This document shows, piece after piece, positions 13,125-27,225 of a DNA stretch of 64,000 nucleotides (positions are counted from its first letter, which is position 1; every line of letters starts with the position of its first letter). The stretch comes from Macrostomum lignano (lineage: Eukaryota). The DNA is taken from assembly GCA_002269645.1 (NCBI GenBank), contig NIVC01000516.1, positions 124,001-188,000 on the forward strand. Reading direction: 5' to 3'. The position numbers and the translations under genes are program-made. The notes under the pieces are model-generated. The model saw only the letters and a program-made list of their open reading frames with translations, did no database searches and had not been told where the DNA came from.

Positions 13125-14170
13125 CTCTCCTCTCTCCCTTCTCGCCTCCCTAATTTTTCTGCTGTCCCCCTTCTTTCCTCTCTCCCTTGTCCCCTCTCTC
13201 CCTTGTCTCCTCTCTCCCTTGTCCCCTCTCTCCCTTGTCTCCTCTCTCCCTTGTCTCCTCTCTCCCTTGTCTCCTCTCTCCCTTGTCTCCTCCCTCATTT
13301 TTCTGCTGTCCCCCTTCTTTCCTCTCTCCCTTGTCCCCTCTCTCCCTTGTCTCCTCTCTCCATTCTTTCCTCCCTCCCTTGTCTCCTCTCTCCCTTGTCT
13401 CCTCTCTCCCTTGTCTCCTCTCTCCCTTGTCTCCTCCCTCATTTTTCTGCTGTCCCCCTTCTTTCCTCTCTCCCTTGTCCCCTCTCTCCCTTGTCTCCTC
13501 TCTCCATTCTTTCCTCTCTCCCTTGTCTCCTCTCTCCCTTGTCTCCTCTCTCCCTTGTCTCCTCCCTAATTTTTCTGCTGTCCCCCTTCTTTCCTCTCTC
13601 CCTTGTCCCCTCTCTCCCTTGTCTCCTCTCTCCCTTGTCCCCTCTCTCCCTTGTCTCCTCTCTCCCTTGTCTCCTCTCTCCCTTGTCTCCTCTCTCCCTT
13701 GTCTCCTCCCTCATTTTTCTGCTGTCCCCCTTCTTTCCTCTCTCCCTTGTCCCCTCTCTCCCTTGTCTCCTCTCTCCCTTCTTTCCTCTCTCCCTTGTCC
13801 CCTCTCTCCCTTGTCTCCTCTCTCCATTCTTTCCTCTCTCCCTTGTCTCCTCTCTCCCTTGTCTCCTCTCTCCCTTGTCTCCTCCCTAATTTTTCTGCTG
13901 TCCCCCTTCTTTCCTCTCTCCCTTGTCCCCTCTCTCCCTTGTCTCCTCTCTCCCTTGTCCCCTCTCTCCCTTGTCCCCTTTCTCCCTTGTCTCCTCTCTC
14001 CCTTGTCTCCTCTCTCCCTTGTCTCCTCTCTCCTCTCCTATTTCATCTCTTCTCTCCTATTTCATCTCTCCTCTCCTATTTCATCTCTCTCTCCTCTCCT
14101 CTCTTCTCCTTTATTCCCTCGCCCCACCTTTCTCTTATCTCACATTTCTCATTTCTATTCCCTCTCCTCT
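13125..14170. repeat. Pyrimidine-rich 16-bp minisatellite TCTCTCCCTTGTCTCC with higher-order blocks
   Basis: Direct; recurrent ATTTTTCTGCTGTCCCCC marker units. Confidence 0.96.
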
Positions 14171-14609
14171 CTTCCCTCATCTGGCCTGCAGTCTTGCGCT
14201 AGGTTCGCTATCTGGTCCCTCTTGGGGTAAAAAATTTAGCTGACCCCTGATCTGCAACAAAAGGCATTTGAGACATATGACAGGCAGGCCATATACCGTT
14301 TGAATCCTTAGGCTCTGACCGTAAAAGTGGACCAGCCGGGCTTGCGAATGCCTCCTCTTCCGTGACCAGCTGCATTGTCACGCAAAAGGCAAGGGGGGCC
14401 CATGGGCCCATACGGATCAAATTGCTTTTTTTCCGGCCGAGGGAGGTGGGATTCGGGCATGGAGAGTGGGGCAATTATCGAGAGACGCGAGGGCGGTACT
14501 AAAATTAATTCGTAAAAAGAAAGGTCTCGAAAAATTTTTAGACTATTTACTGTACATGTACGAGTATATATTCTTATAACAAAATATTTGTGGGGCATTG
14601 GGTCTTCTT

Positions 14610-17595
14610 CAGACACTGCATCAGACATCTCACCAGACACTGCATCATACACCTCACCAGACACTGCATCAGACACCTCACCAGACACTGCATCAGACAC
14701 CTCACCAGACACTGCATCAGACACCTCACCAGACACTGCACCAGACACCTCACCAGACACTGCATCAGACACCTCACCAGACACTGCATCAGACACCTCA
14801 CCAGACACCTAACCAGACACCTCACCAGACACCTCACCAGACACTGCATCAGACACCTCACCAGACACTGCATCATACACCTCATCAGACACTGCATCAG
14901 ACACTGCATCAGACACCTCACCAGACACCTCACCAGACACCTCACCAGACACTGCATCAGACACCTAACCAGACACCTCACCAGACACCTCACCAGACAC
15001 TGCATCAGACACCTCACCAGACACTGCATCATACACCTCATCAGACACTGCATCATACACCTCACCAGACACTGCATCAGACACTGCATCAGACACCTAA
15101 CCAGACACCTCACCAGACACCTCACCAGACACTGCATCATACACCTCACCAGACACTGCATCATACACCTCACCAGACATCTCACCAGGCACCTCACCAG
15201 ACACTGCATCAGACACCTCACCAGACACTGCACCAGACACCTCACCAGACACTGCATCAGACACCTCACCAGACACTGCATCAGACACCTCATCAAACAC
15301 CTCACCAGACACTGCATCATACACCTCATCAGACACTGCATCAGACACTGCATCAGACACCTAACCAGACACCTCACCAGACACCTCACCAGACACTGCA
15401 TCAGACACCTCACCAGACACTGCATCATACACCTCACCAGACACTGCATCATACACCTCACCAGACATCTCACCAGGCACCTCACCAGACACTGCATCAG
15501 ACACCTCACCAGACACTGCACCAGACACCTCACCAGACACTGCATCAGACACCTCACCAGACACTGCATCAGACACCTCATCAAACACCTCACCAGACAC
15601 CTCACCAGACACCTCACCAGACACCTCACCAGACACTGCATCAGACACCTCACCAGACACTGCATCAGACACCTCACCAGACACTGCATCATACACCTCA
15701 CCAGACACTGCATCAGACACCTCACCAGACACTGCATCAGACACCTCACCAGACACTGCATCATACACCTCACCAGACACTGCATCAGACACCTCACCAG
15801 ACACTGCATCAGACACCTCACCAGACACTGCATCAGACACCTCACCAGACACCTCACCAGACACCTCACCAGACACTGCATCATACACCTCATCAGACAC
15901 TGCATCAGACACCTCACCAGACACTGCATCAGACACCTCACGAGACACCTCACCAGACACTGCATCAGACACCTAACCAGACACTGCATCAGACACCTCA
16001 ACAGACACTGCATCATACACCTCAACAGACACTGCATCATACACCTAACCAGACATCTCACCAGACACCTCAACAGACACTGCATCATACACCTCACCAG
16101 ACACTGCACCAGACACCTCATCAGACACTGCATCAGACACCTCACCAGACACTGCATCAGACACCTCATCAAACACCTCACCAGACACCTCACCAGACAC
16201 CTCACCAGACACCTCACCAGACACTGCATCAGACACCTCACCAGACACTGCATCAGACCCCTCACCAGACACTGCATCATACACCTCACCAGACACTGCA
16301 TCAGACACCTCACCAGACACTGCATCAGACACCTCACCAGACACTGCATCATACACCTCACCAGACACTGCATCAGACACCTCACCAGACACTGCATCAG
16401 ACACCTCACCAGACACTGCATCAGACACCTCACCAGACACCTCACCAGACACCTCACCAGACACTGCATCATACACCTCATCAGACACTGCATCAGACAC
16501 CTCACCAGACACTGCATCAGACACCTCACGAGACACCTCACCAGACACTGCATCAGACACCTAACCAGACACTGCATCAGACACCTCAACAGACACTGCA
16601 TCATACACCTCAACAGACACTGCATCATACACCTAACCAGACATCTCACCAGACACCTCAACAGACACTGCATCATACACCTCACCAGACACTGCATCAT
16701 ACACCTCATCAGACACTGCATCAGACACTGCATCAGACACCTAACCAGACACCTCACCAGACACCTCACCAGACACTGCATCAGACACCTCACCAGACAC
16801 CTCACCAGACACTGTATCAGACACCTCACCAGACACGGCATCAGACACTGCATCAGACACCTAACCAGAAACCTCACCAGACACTGCATCAGACACCTAA
16901 CCAGACACCTCACCAGACACCTCACCAGACACTGCATCAGACACCTCATCAGACACTGCATCATACACCTCACCAGACACTGCATCAGACACTGCATCAG
17001 ACACCTCACCAGACACCTCACCAGACACCTCACCAGACACTGCATCAGACACCTAACCAGACACCTCACCAGACACCTCACCAGACACTGCATCAGACAC
17101 CTCACCAGACAATGCATCATACACCTCATCAGACACTGCATCATACACCTCACCAGACACTGCATCAGACACTGCATCAGACACCTAACCAGACACCTCA
17201 CCAGACACCTCACCAGACACTGCATCAGACACCTCACCAGACACTGCATCATACACCTCACCAGACACTGCATCATACACCTCACCAGACATCTCACCAG
17301 GCACCTCACCAGACACTGCATCAGACACCTCACTAGACACTGCATCAGACACCTCACCAGACACTGCATCAGACACCTCAACAGACACTGCATCAGACAC
17401 CTCACCAGACACCTCACCAGGCACCTCACCAGACACTGCATCAGACACCTCACTAGACACTGCATCAGACACCTCACCAGACACTGCAGCAGACACCTCA
17501 CCAGACACTGCATCAGACACCTCACCAGACACTGCATCAGACACCTCATCAAACACCTCACCAAACACCTCACCAGACACCTCACCAGACACCTC
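14610..17595. repeat. 12-bp two-variant satellite (CAGACACCTCAC / CAGACACTGCAT), ~250 units
   Basis: Direct; source of the 900-1000-aa pseudo-ORFs. Confidence 0.98.
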
Positions 17596-18179
17596 ATCGT
17601 TTCTTTCAAGATTTCCAGATTTTGAAATGACACACTTGTTCTTTAATTTTAATCACCTAACGAGTCACCCAGCAAACCGCTAATCATTTAATTAGCAAAC
17701 GCAGGCCTTAGCAACTGAGTATCAGGCAATAAAGTCACACTTACTCGCTGTATAGTCGAGTACGCTGCACTTTGTAGAATAAGCAGTTATGAACCTGTCT
17801 GAAATTTCTTATCAACAGCCGTCATGAGATTAAACACACGCTCGAAGTTAGCATTGTATTTTTTATACATTGAGATTGTAATTGCGCATACATTGTACTA
17901 AAGGCCTTGAGAGCAAATACATGGCAGGGGTATCTTAGCTTTAGCAATATTCTTAGCGGTTCTTATTATATTAATACTTTTTTCTTTGGTTGACAACCAA
18001 AGAGAGCCCCGATCCTGTCTGTAGCTCCGAACAGAGGGAAACGGGACAGACAGAGGGCATCAAAGGGGCGTCAATTTTCTGCCGTTTGGTAGCGAAAAAT
18101 AATGAAAACTGACCTCGGAGACACATTACCAGGCACAATCGGACAGTGAGGGAGAGAGGAGAAAGAAAGAGGAAAAGAG

Positions 18180-18690
18180 GACAAAGGGAGTGAGACAGGA
18201 AGTGAGATAGAGAGTGAGACAGAGAGTGAGACATCAGAGTGAGACAGCAGTGAGACAGCAGAGTGAGACAGAGAGTGAGACATTAGAGTGAGACAGCAGA
18301 GTGAGACAGGGAGTGAGACAGCAGAGTGAGACAGAGTGAGGCAGGGAGTGAGACAGCAGAGTGAGACAGAGAGTGAGACATTAGAGTGAGACAGCAGAGT
18401 GAGACAGGGAGTGAGACAGCAGAGTGAGACAGAGTGAGGCAGGGAGTGAGACAGCAGAGTGAGACAGAGAGTGAGACATCAGAGTGAGACAGCAGTGAGA
18501 CAGCAGAGTGAGACAGAGAGTGAGACATTAGAGTGAGACAGCAGAGTGAGACAGGGAGTGAGACAGCAGAGTGAGAAAAACTGAGACAGAGTGAGACAGA
18601 GTGAGACAGAGTGAGACAGAGTGAGACAGCAGAGTGAGAGGAGGAGAGTGAGACAGCTCAAAGTGAGACAGCACAGAGTGAGAGGAGAGT
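18180..18690. repeat. ~11-bp minisatellite (CA)GAGTGAGACA
   Basis: Direct. Confidence 0.94.
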
Positions 18691-19213
18691 GAGAGGCCCG
18701 TCAGTCAGAGAGAGGAGATGGGATGCAAGAAGACAAGAAGACAGACATGAAGCAATTGGGAAAAAGCAACCGACTAAATTGAGGCTGGGTTAGGCAGAAA
18801 TTAGAGACATGCAGGCTGAGCAGTCCAAAGTGGGAATTGCCAAGTGTCAAATATTATTTGCGTACAAAACATAGATAGTAACAACCCAGTACTCAATCAA
18901 TCAATCATGTTGCACATCGCCTATAGAGGACGGACTCAGCCGGGCCCTAATGAACCAGTCAACTTGGACTGGCTGAGAATCTATCGATCGATCGTCAGGC
19001 AGCAGCGGTCAGGAGTCGGGGTTGCATCGATTGATTTGCAGACTGGCAGCTATGCGTACAGGCGCTGCTCTGGTGGTGGCAGGCAGCTTCAAAGGAGGTT
19101 TCGTCACTGGCTGTCACTTTTGCCTCCGGGTGTATCCGGGAGGTTTCGGGGTTAGGGCGGTGGCGGTAGGCCAATTCCTGTGTCAGATGCTCAGAAATCA
19201 ATATAAATATGCG

Positions 19214-19214
<1 letters not shown>

Positions 19215-19251
<37 letters not shown>
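19215..19251. repeat. (TG)n microsatellite
   Basis: Direct. Confidence 0.99.
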
Positions 19252-19253
<2 letters not shown>

Positions 19254-20089
19254 ACAGAGGCCTGGCTCTCTCTCACTCTCGTCATCAACTCTATTTTATA
19301 TTACACAACTTTTATTTTATTTCTACATTAGTCTATACAGTCAGTTGGTTAAGGTCGGTCTTTGTTGCAGCCCTCGTGGACCGCGCGGAATCCCTAATAC
19401 GGTTTGATGGGATAATTCTAGCGGATTAAAGGGGGAGGGCTGGGGAGAGATTAAGCTCAGATGGTCCCCCAGGGTAAGTCGGTCAGTCTCGCGCTGTCTC
19501 ACACGCCAGACAAAGCTGAGTTGTCTCTGAGTTTTTTCAAAAGCTAGCGGCAGCCAACGCACTATCAGGTGACCAGAGGGGGGAGGGGGAGCGATGAAGC
19601 GGAGAGTCTGTGTTACGCAACAACTTCGGTAGCGGATTACAGGGCGCCGATTCAATAGAGGGAGAAGACGGGGGGCCAAGTGCGGGGTTATCGCAGACCA
19701 GCTGCTTTGCAATGGAAATTACTGGGGATAAATAGTGGATGAGGGCCGGCAGCTTTGAGCTGATGGGGGGAGGCCCCAGCTTCAATTAGCTATCCTTGTC
19801 TCAATAGGCACACATCTGACTGAATGGAGACGAGTTGTCAGCTATTCAATTTTGAGAGAAATTCGATGCTTTACTCTTATTAGTTCAGTACTAATACTCA
19901 TAATGCTACCATCACACTTGATGCTCAATAGTGTCTGTTCAGCTTGAGTCTGCGACCGACTCAGGACTGAAACTCATTAAACGTCTTGTGGAAGTAAAGA
20001 GCTGTTTTAGGTAAATTATAGGGTTGAAATTGAATAATGAGGTGGTTGATGAGAATTGCCACGTCTCTGATGGCGCCTTACTAACTCCC

Positions 20090-20570
20090 GATATCTTGTC
20101 ACTTCTTATTTCCACCTATCTCTTGTCCCTCCATTTCTCTTGTGGAGATCCCTCTATCTCTTGTCACTCTCCTTATCTCTTGTCACTCCCTCTATCTCTT
20201 GTCACTCCCTCTATCTCTTGTCACTTCCTCTATCTCTTGTCACTCCCTCTATCTCTTGTCACTCCCTCTATCTCTTGTCACTCCCTCCATCTCTTGTCAC
20301 TCCCTCCATCTCTTGTCACTCCCTCTATCTCTTGTCACTCCCTCCACCTCTTGTCACTCCCTCCATCTCTTGTCACTCCATCTATCTCTTGTCACTCTCT
20401 CTATCTCTTGTCACTCCCTCTACCTCTTGTCACTCCCTCCATCTCTTGTCACTCCATCTATCTCTTGTCACTCTCTCTATCTCTTGTCACTCCCTCTATC
20501 TCTTGTCACTCTCTCTATCTCTTGTCACTCCCCCTATCGTTTGTCACTCCCTCTATCTCCTGTCACTTCT
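20090..20570. repeat. 19-bp minisatellite TATCTCTTGTCACTCCCTC
   Basis: Direct. Confidence 0.96.
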
Positions 20571-21130
20571 ATTTGAAGTATCATTATGCTGTCAATTTCA
20601 TACAAGTCAATATAGATTGTGTAGTTGATCAATGTCAGCTACAAGTTTAACATATTAAATGAGGACTGGTCTGCAAAACAGATTCACAAGGTTTTGGTTG
20701 CTGGGAGGATCTTGACCAGTCGGACAGGTAAAAAAAAACAACTTGCCTATAGCAGGAAAGAGGTCATTCCACAGTTACCCAAAACCCCAGTCAGTTAGGT
20801 TAAACAAACAACCAAGACATGAAGGAAGAAGTCAACCTGACCTCCTGATGAAGCTTTCAATTCACACTTTCTCCGATCCAACTTTTCTAGACTGACTGCG
20901 GGCTCCCAGCCGAAATTTCAGTTTTCAATGTCGGGCGTGGGAAAGAGGGAGGGCTTAGGTGAAAAGGAGTTCGGCCAGCAACAGGGGGGGGGGTGGGTTC
21001 GATTCTTGACCAGACTGAGACCAGCTCTTCTGTCGATTTGATTGGAAACGGATTTTCTTCTAGCAGCAGCTGCTGAAGCTTCTGCTGCTAGCAATATTCG
21101 AGTCAGCTGTCGAATCCTTTCAGGCACCGC

Positions 21131-21144
21131 GTCACCATGGCAAC
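21131..21144. promoter_or_regulatory. RFX X-box GTCACCATGGCAAC
   Basis: Matches the strong X-box form GTYNYCATGGNAAC, in unique GC-richer DNA. Confidence 0.45.
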
Positions 21145-21257
21145 CGCAGGGATTTAGGCAATTGGCGTCGCCAAAGCGACCGAGAGACAGAGAGACAAGA
21201 GAGAGACATTCGCGCAATTGAATCGAACCAAGGACCTACGGATTTTCTTGTAAAAAA

Positions 21258-21505
21258 CTTACTTCACAAACTATAACAGAAACTTCACAAACTATAACAG
21301 AATCTTCACAAACTATAACAGAAACTTCACAAACTATAACAGAAACTTCACAAACTATAACAGAAACTTCACAAACTATAACAGAAACTTCACAAACTAT
21401 AACAGAAACTTCACAAACTATAACAGAAACTTCACAAACTATAATAGAAACTTCACAAACTATAACAGAAACTTCACAAACTATAACAGAAACTTCACAA
21501 ACTAT
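21258..21505. repeat. 21-bp minisatellite AACTTCACAAACTATAACAGA
   Basis: Direct. Confidence 0.97.
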
Positions 21506-22926
21506 GGACAATTCATATAGGACAGGATATTGCAGCGCTGTTTTGATAAGGATTCGGGACCCACTCGTAAGAGAGGATGTTGGCAGCTAAGGGATCGGTA
21601 GAGTGGAGCTGTGACTCACACCGGCTTGACAGGATCGCGGGTTTAGGCCGGGTCCGCGCGAGAAACAAAAAAAAACACAAGAAAAAAAACAGCAGGCAGC
21701 AGCAAAGCTCTTGCTGCTTCTTCTGCTAAGATTTTTCTGGCGTTTTTGACAAACTTGGATATAGCTACGGGGGATTATATCACTGAATGTTAGGACTAGA
21801 CCCCAGGTGCCTGTGCAATGGAAGCTCAAGTGTCGGGGTCTGGATTAAGTTCCTTGCAATATGTTAGATACTCGTAGATTATTTCTTATTGAATAATAAA
21901 AATCTTTGAGAAAGGGGGTCCAGAATAGCTACTGCGATATTTATGATATTCTCTGTCTGTCTCTTTGACGTCTTTGACACACACAGAGAAGGCTGGGTTG
22001 ACTCATCATATTCCATATATTGCAATACACTATATAATGGCTACCAGCAGCTATATAGAGGGGCCACTTTTCTGCAGCAGCAGTAGCAGCTGGTGGCGGT
22101 GCCTGTCTGTGGTGGGGGGGGGGCTTCCTGTTCTAAGTCTCTGCCGATTAAAACGAGTTTTTGCCCGAAGGATTATAGGAAGGGGTTGAGAAGGGTGGGA
22201 AACAGCGGCCCTGCTAGGTGGCGTATTGGATTACTGCGGGTTTAAAGAGAGATTTTTGGGGAGATATGAAATGATAGTGAATGAAGCAAGCATCCGCACT
22301 GGCATTGGTGTTTCAGGAAAATCAATTTTATATCTTTTACATTCTTTACTTCATCCCAATACCCTTACATCTCATCCCATACCCTTACATCTCATCCCAT
22401 ATCTTTAACTCTCATCTCATATCCTTCTGTCTCACTAAAGAATACCTCTTCCATTTCCATCACATCTCCCTCGCGACCAACTTCAGCAAAATGACAAGAT
22501 GCATTTATGCCAATTCATGACAATTTATTTATTAACAATCATAAAGCTGACATCGGGTTTCAGTGGATTACCCCAGCCCGCCGGGCCGCCAGTCATACTC
22601 TATACAGGAAATCAGGCAGCCAAGGTCCGGACAGCTTTGCGCTTGAGTATAGAGAGAAGGATTGATGCTGGACTGCAAAGCATTTCACTATGAATAGATT
22701 ATATCCTCAGCTGTCGGGGAGGTCTTGATGAAGCACAAGGTTTGATGTGATTTGCTGTCAGGGTCGATTACTCATTTGAGGGCAGACGTCGAGGAGGCCA
22801 CAAAAACGTCCCAATAAAAATTTTCATGCACTTGGAAGCCACTGCGGTATCTGTTAATCTTTGGGGCTGTTTCAGCGGCTTTTTTACTAAATATCTATAG
22901 TAGTTTGTGTCCATAAGCGTTCCTTA

Positions 22927-23247
22927 GTGCTGGCGCCCCCGGTGCTGGCGCCCCCGGTGCTGGCGCCCCCGGTGCTGGCGCCCCCGGTGCTGGCGCCCCC
23001 GGTGCTGGCGCCCCCGGTGCTGGCGCCCCCGGTGCTGGCGCCCCCGGTGCTGGCGCCCCCGGTGCTGGCGCCCCCGGTGCTGGCGCCCCCGGTGCTGGCG
23101 CCCCCGGCGCTAAATCCCCTGGTGCTAAATCCCCTGGTGCTAAATCCCCTGGTGCTAAAGCCCCTGGTGCTAAATCCCCTGGTGCTAAATCCCCTGGTGC
23201 TAAAGCCCCTGGTGCTAAAAGCCCCTTGGTGCTAAAGCCCCTGGTAT
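22927..23247. repeat. 15-bp minisatellite CCCC(C/T)GGTGCT(GGCG/AAAT/AAAG), same family as 1..1172
   Basis: Direct. Confidence 0.97.
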
Positions 23248-23879
23248 CCCTCCCAATAAAAGATCATGGCTACATCCCCATTGCTGCATTCGGCGCCATG
23301 TCTTGGAGCCAGAGACAGTCAGCTATACTCCAGGATCAGCTTCACGATCTCCATGGCTAAACTCCCTATTCTATAGGCTTTAATTAATTTGAGTCGGAGA
23401 TTCAAAGAGAGTGAGTGAGTAGGGACGATATCGGAGGCATCAATTGACGGTGAGATGCCACGAATTCAGCTGATTAGATTTTTCCATTTATTTTGTCTGT
23501 CAAAAAATCTTCTGCGGGTGCGCGCCGAACCCAAGCAGCGCTATCTCTGTCCATCTATACTCATAGGCTTGGGCATGCTAGTCTAGCGCTAAAAATGATT
23601 TTATAATCGACTCCCGTTCGTCACCAGACGCTTAGAAATTGATTGAGGAGGCCTCCAACTGGATTGTTCATTCGCCGCGGTCTGACATGAAGCGACAGCT
23701 CATTGTGGGGGTTTCTGAGATTCTATTAAGCATCGCTGTTCCTGTTGGAATTTTTTGGTAAAGAAGTCAAACTGAAACAGAGATGGAGAAAGGAAATTTC
23801 ATTTTTATTAATTTTGACTATGCGTGAGGGAGCCGTGGAGAGAAGGGAAAGAGGGAGACTTGGAGAGGAAAATAAAAAT

Positions 23880-25232
23880 GAGAGGGAGAGGGGGAGAAGG
23901 AGAGGGAGAGGCGGAGAAGGAGAGGGAGAGGGGGAGAAGGAGAGGGAGAGGCGGAGAAGGAGAGGGAGAGGCGGAGAAGGAGAAGAAGAGGCGGAGAAGG
24001 AGAGGGAGAGGCGGAGAAGGAGAGGGAGAGGCGGAGGAGAGGGAGAGGCGGAGAAGGAGAGGGAGAGGCGGAGAAGGAGAGGGAGAGGCGGAGAAGGAGA
24101 GGGAGAGGCGGAGAAGGAGAGGGAGAGGCGGAGAAGGAGAGGGAGAGGCGGAGAAGGAGAAGAAGAGGCGGAGAAGGAGAGGGAGAGGGGGAGAAGGAGA
24201 GGGAGAGGCGGAGAAGGAGAGGGAGAGGCGGAGAAGGAGAAGAAGAGGCGGAGAAGGAGAAGAAGAGGCGGAGAAGGAGAGGGAGAGGCGGAGAAGGAGA
24301 GGGAGAGGCGGAGAAGGAGAGGGAGAGGCGGAGAAGGAGAGGGAGAGGCGGAGAAGGAGAGGGAGAGGCGGAGAAGGAGAGGGAGAGGCGGAGAAGGAGA
24401 AGAAGAGGCGGAGAAGGAGAAGAAGAGGCGGAGAAGGAGAGGGAGAGGCGGAGAAGGAGAGGGAGAGGCGGAGAAGGAGAGGGAGAGGCGGAGAAGGAGA
24501 GGGAGAGGCGGAGAAGGAGAGGGAGAGGCGGAGAAGGAGAGGGAGAGGCGGAGAAGGAGAGGGAGAGGCGGAGAAGGAGAGGGAGAGGCGGAGAAGGAGA
24601 GGGAGAGGCGGAGAAGGAGAGGGAGAGGCGGAGAAGGAGAGGGAGAGGCGGAGAAGGAGAGGGAGAGGCGGAGAAGGAGAAGAAGAGGCGGAGAAGGAGA
24701 GGGAGAGGCGGAGAAGGAGAGGGAGAGGCGGAGAAGGAGAGGGAGAGGCGGAGAAGGAGAGGGAGAGGCGGAGAAGGAGAGGGAGAGGCGGAGAAGGAGA
24801 GGGAGAGGCGGAGAAGGAGAAGAAGAGGCGGAGAAGGAGAAGAAGAGGCGGAGAAGGAGAGGGAGAGGCGGAGAAGGAGAGGGAGAGGCGGAGAAGGAGA
24901 GGGAGAGGCGGAGAAGGAGAGGGAGAGGCGGAGAAGGAGAGGGAGAGGCGGAGAAGGAGAGGGAGAGGCGGAGAAGGAGAGGGAGAGGCGGAGAAGGAGA
25001 AGAAGAGGCGGAGAAGGAGAGGGAGAGGCGGAGAAGGAGAGGGAGAGGCGGAGAAGGAGAGGGAGAGGCGGAGAAGGAGAGGGAGAGGCGGAGAAGGAGA
25101 GGGAGAGGCGGAGAAGGAGAAGAAGAGGCGGAGAAGGAGAGGGAGAGGCGGAGAAGGAGAGGGAGAGGCGGAGAAGGAGAGGGAGAGGCGGAGAAGGAGA
25201 GGGAGAGGCGGAGAAGGAGAGGGAGAGGCGGA
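23880..25232. repeat. 20-bp purine-rich minisatellite GGGAGAGGCGGAGAAGGAGA
   Basis: Direct, highly homogeneous. Confidence 0.98.
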
Positions 25233-25599
25233 GCGTGTAGAATTAGTGAGCAAGAATAGGGCACGGGGAGAGCAACCATTTGGAGACTCAAAATTTCTGC
25301 ACTAAATCTAAAAGAAGTTGGAAAGGCTCAGAAAGAGTTCAATCGAATCATGAAGTCGACGACAGCAATTTCTCGTCAGTGACAGACCGGGAGACAGAGC
25401 TAAATAGTTCAATCATCCAAATCAGGCAAGAATGCGATGAAAGAGCCTCACTGCACTGCTGCAGACTTCGCTCATTAAATTTTCAAATTTGAAGTCGTGT
25501 CGACAAAGGAGCAGATCTGATGATGATCAAAAAGGTAATGGGAAGATTTCTGCTAAAAACTCACTTTCCCTTCTCTTAGTCTCTCCCTATCCTTCGCCT

Positions 25600-27225
25600 A
25601 ATCTGTCCATCTCCTTCGCTTGATCTCTCCTCCCTCTCCTCGCTTGATCTCTCCTCCCTCTCCTCGCTTGATCTCTCCTCCCTCTCCTCGCTTGATCTCT
25701 CCTCCCTCTCCCTCTCCTCGCTTGATCTCTCCTCCCTCTCTCGCTTGATCTCTCCTCTCTCTCCTCGCTTGATCTCTCCTTTCTCTCCTCGCTTGATCTC
25801 TCCTCCCTCTCCTCGCTTGATCTCTCCTCCCTCTCTCGCTTGATCTCTCCTCTCTCTCCTCGCTTGATCTCTCCTCCCTCTCCTCGCTTGATCTCTCCTC
25901 CCTCTCTCGCTTGATCTCTCCTCTCTCTCCTCGCTTGATCTCTCCTCCCTCTCCTCGCTTGATCTCTCCTCCCTCTCTCGCTTGATCTCTTCTCCCTCTC
26001 TCGCTTGATCTCTCCTCTCTCTCCTCGCTTGATCTCTCCTCCCTCTCCTCGCTTGATCTCTCCTCCCTCTCCCTCTCCTCGCTTGATCTCTCCTCCCTCT
26101 CTCGCTTGATCTCTCCTCTCTCTCCTCGCTTGATCTCTCCTTTCTCTCCTCGCTTGATCTCTCCTCCCTCTCCTCGCTTGATCTCTCCTCCCTCTCTCGC
26201 TTGATCTCTCCTCTCTCTCCTCGCTTGATCTCTCCTCCCTCTCCTCGCTTGATCTCTCCTTCCTCTCTCGCTTGATCTCTCCTCTCTCTCCTCGCTTGAT
26301 CTCTCCTCCCTCTCCTCGCTTGATCTCTCCTCCCTCTCTCGCTTGATCTCTTCTCCCTCTCTCGCTTGATCTCTCCTCTCTCTCCTCGCTTGATCTCTCC
26401 TCCCTCTCCTCGCTTGATCTCTCCTCTCTCTCCTCGCTTGATCTCTCCTCTCCTTCGCTTGATCTCTCCTCCCTCTCCTCGCTTGATCTCTCCTCCCTCT
26501 CCTCGCTTGATCTCTCCTCTCCTTCGCTTGATCTCTCCTCCCTCTCCTCGCTTGATCTCTCCTCCCTCTCCTCGCTTGATCTCTCCTCTCCTTCGCTTGA
26601 TCTCTCCTCCCTCTCCTCGCTTGATCTCTCCTCCCTCTCCTCGCTTGATCTCTCCTCCCTCTCCTCGCTTGATCTCTCCTCTCCTTCGCTTGATCTCTCC
26701 TCCCTCTCCTCGCTTGATCTCTCCTCCCTCTCTCGCTTGATCTCTCCTCCCACTCCTCGCTTGATCTCTCCTCCCTCTCCTCGCTTGATCTCTCCTCCCT
26801 CTCTCGCTTGATCTCTCCTCCCTCTCTCGCTTGATCTCTCCTCCCACTCCTCGCTTGATCTCTCCTCCCTCTCTCGCTTGATCTCTCCTCCCTCTCTCGC
26901 TTGATCTCTCCTCCCACTCCTCGCTTGATCTCTCCTCCCACTCCTCGCTTGATCTCTCCTCCCTCTCTCGCTTGATCTCTCCTCCCTCTCTCGCTTGATC
27001 TCTCCTCCCACTCCTCGCTTGATCTCTCCTCCCTCTCTCGCTTGATCTCTCCTCCCTCTCTCGCTTGATCTCTCCTCCCACTCCTCGCTTGATCTCTCCT
27101 CCCACTCCTCGCTTGATCTCTCCTCCCTCTCCTCGCTTGATCTCTCCTCTCCTTCGCTTGATCTCTCCTCCCTCTCCTCGCTTGATCTCTCCTCTCCTTC
27201 GCTTGATCTCTCTTTCGCTTGATCT
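25600..27225. repeat. 22-24-bp pyrimidine-rich minisatellite CGCTTGATCTCTCCTCCCTCTCCT
   Basis: Direct. Confidence 0.97.

Noticed and set aside
14574-17633. 900-1000-aa ORFs on both strands
   Set aside because: Translations of a 12-bp satellite, with no domain content or gene structure.
20845-20851. CTGATGA hammerhead ribozyme core
   Set aside because: No stem II followed by GAAA downstream. Other CTGANGA hits I checked (~11745 minus strand, ~12958) also failed.
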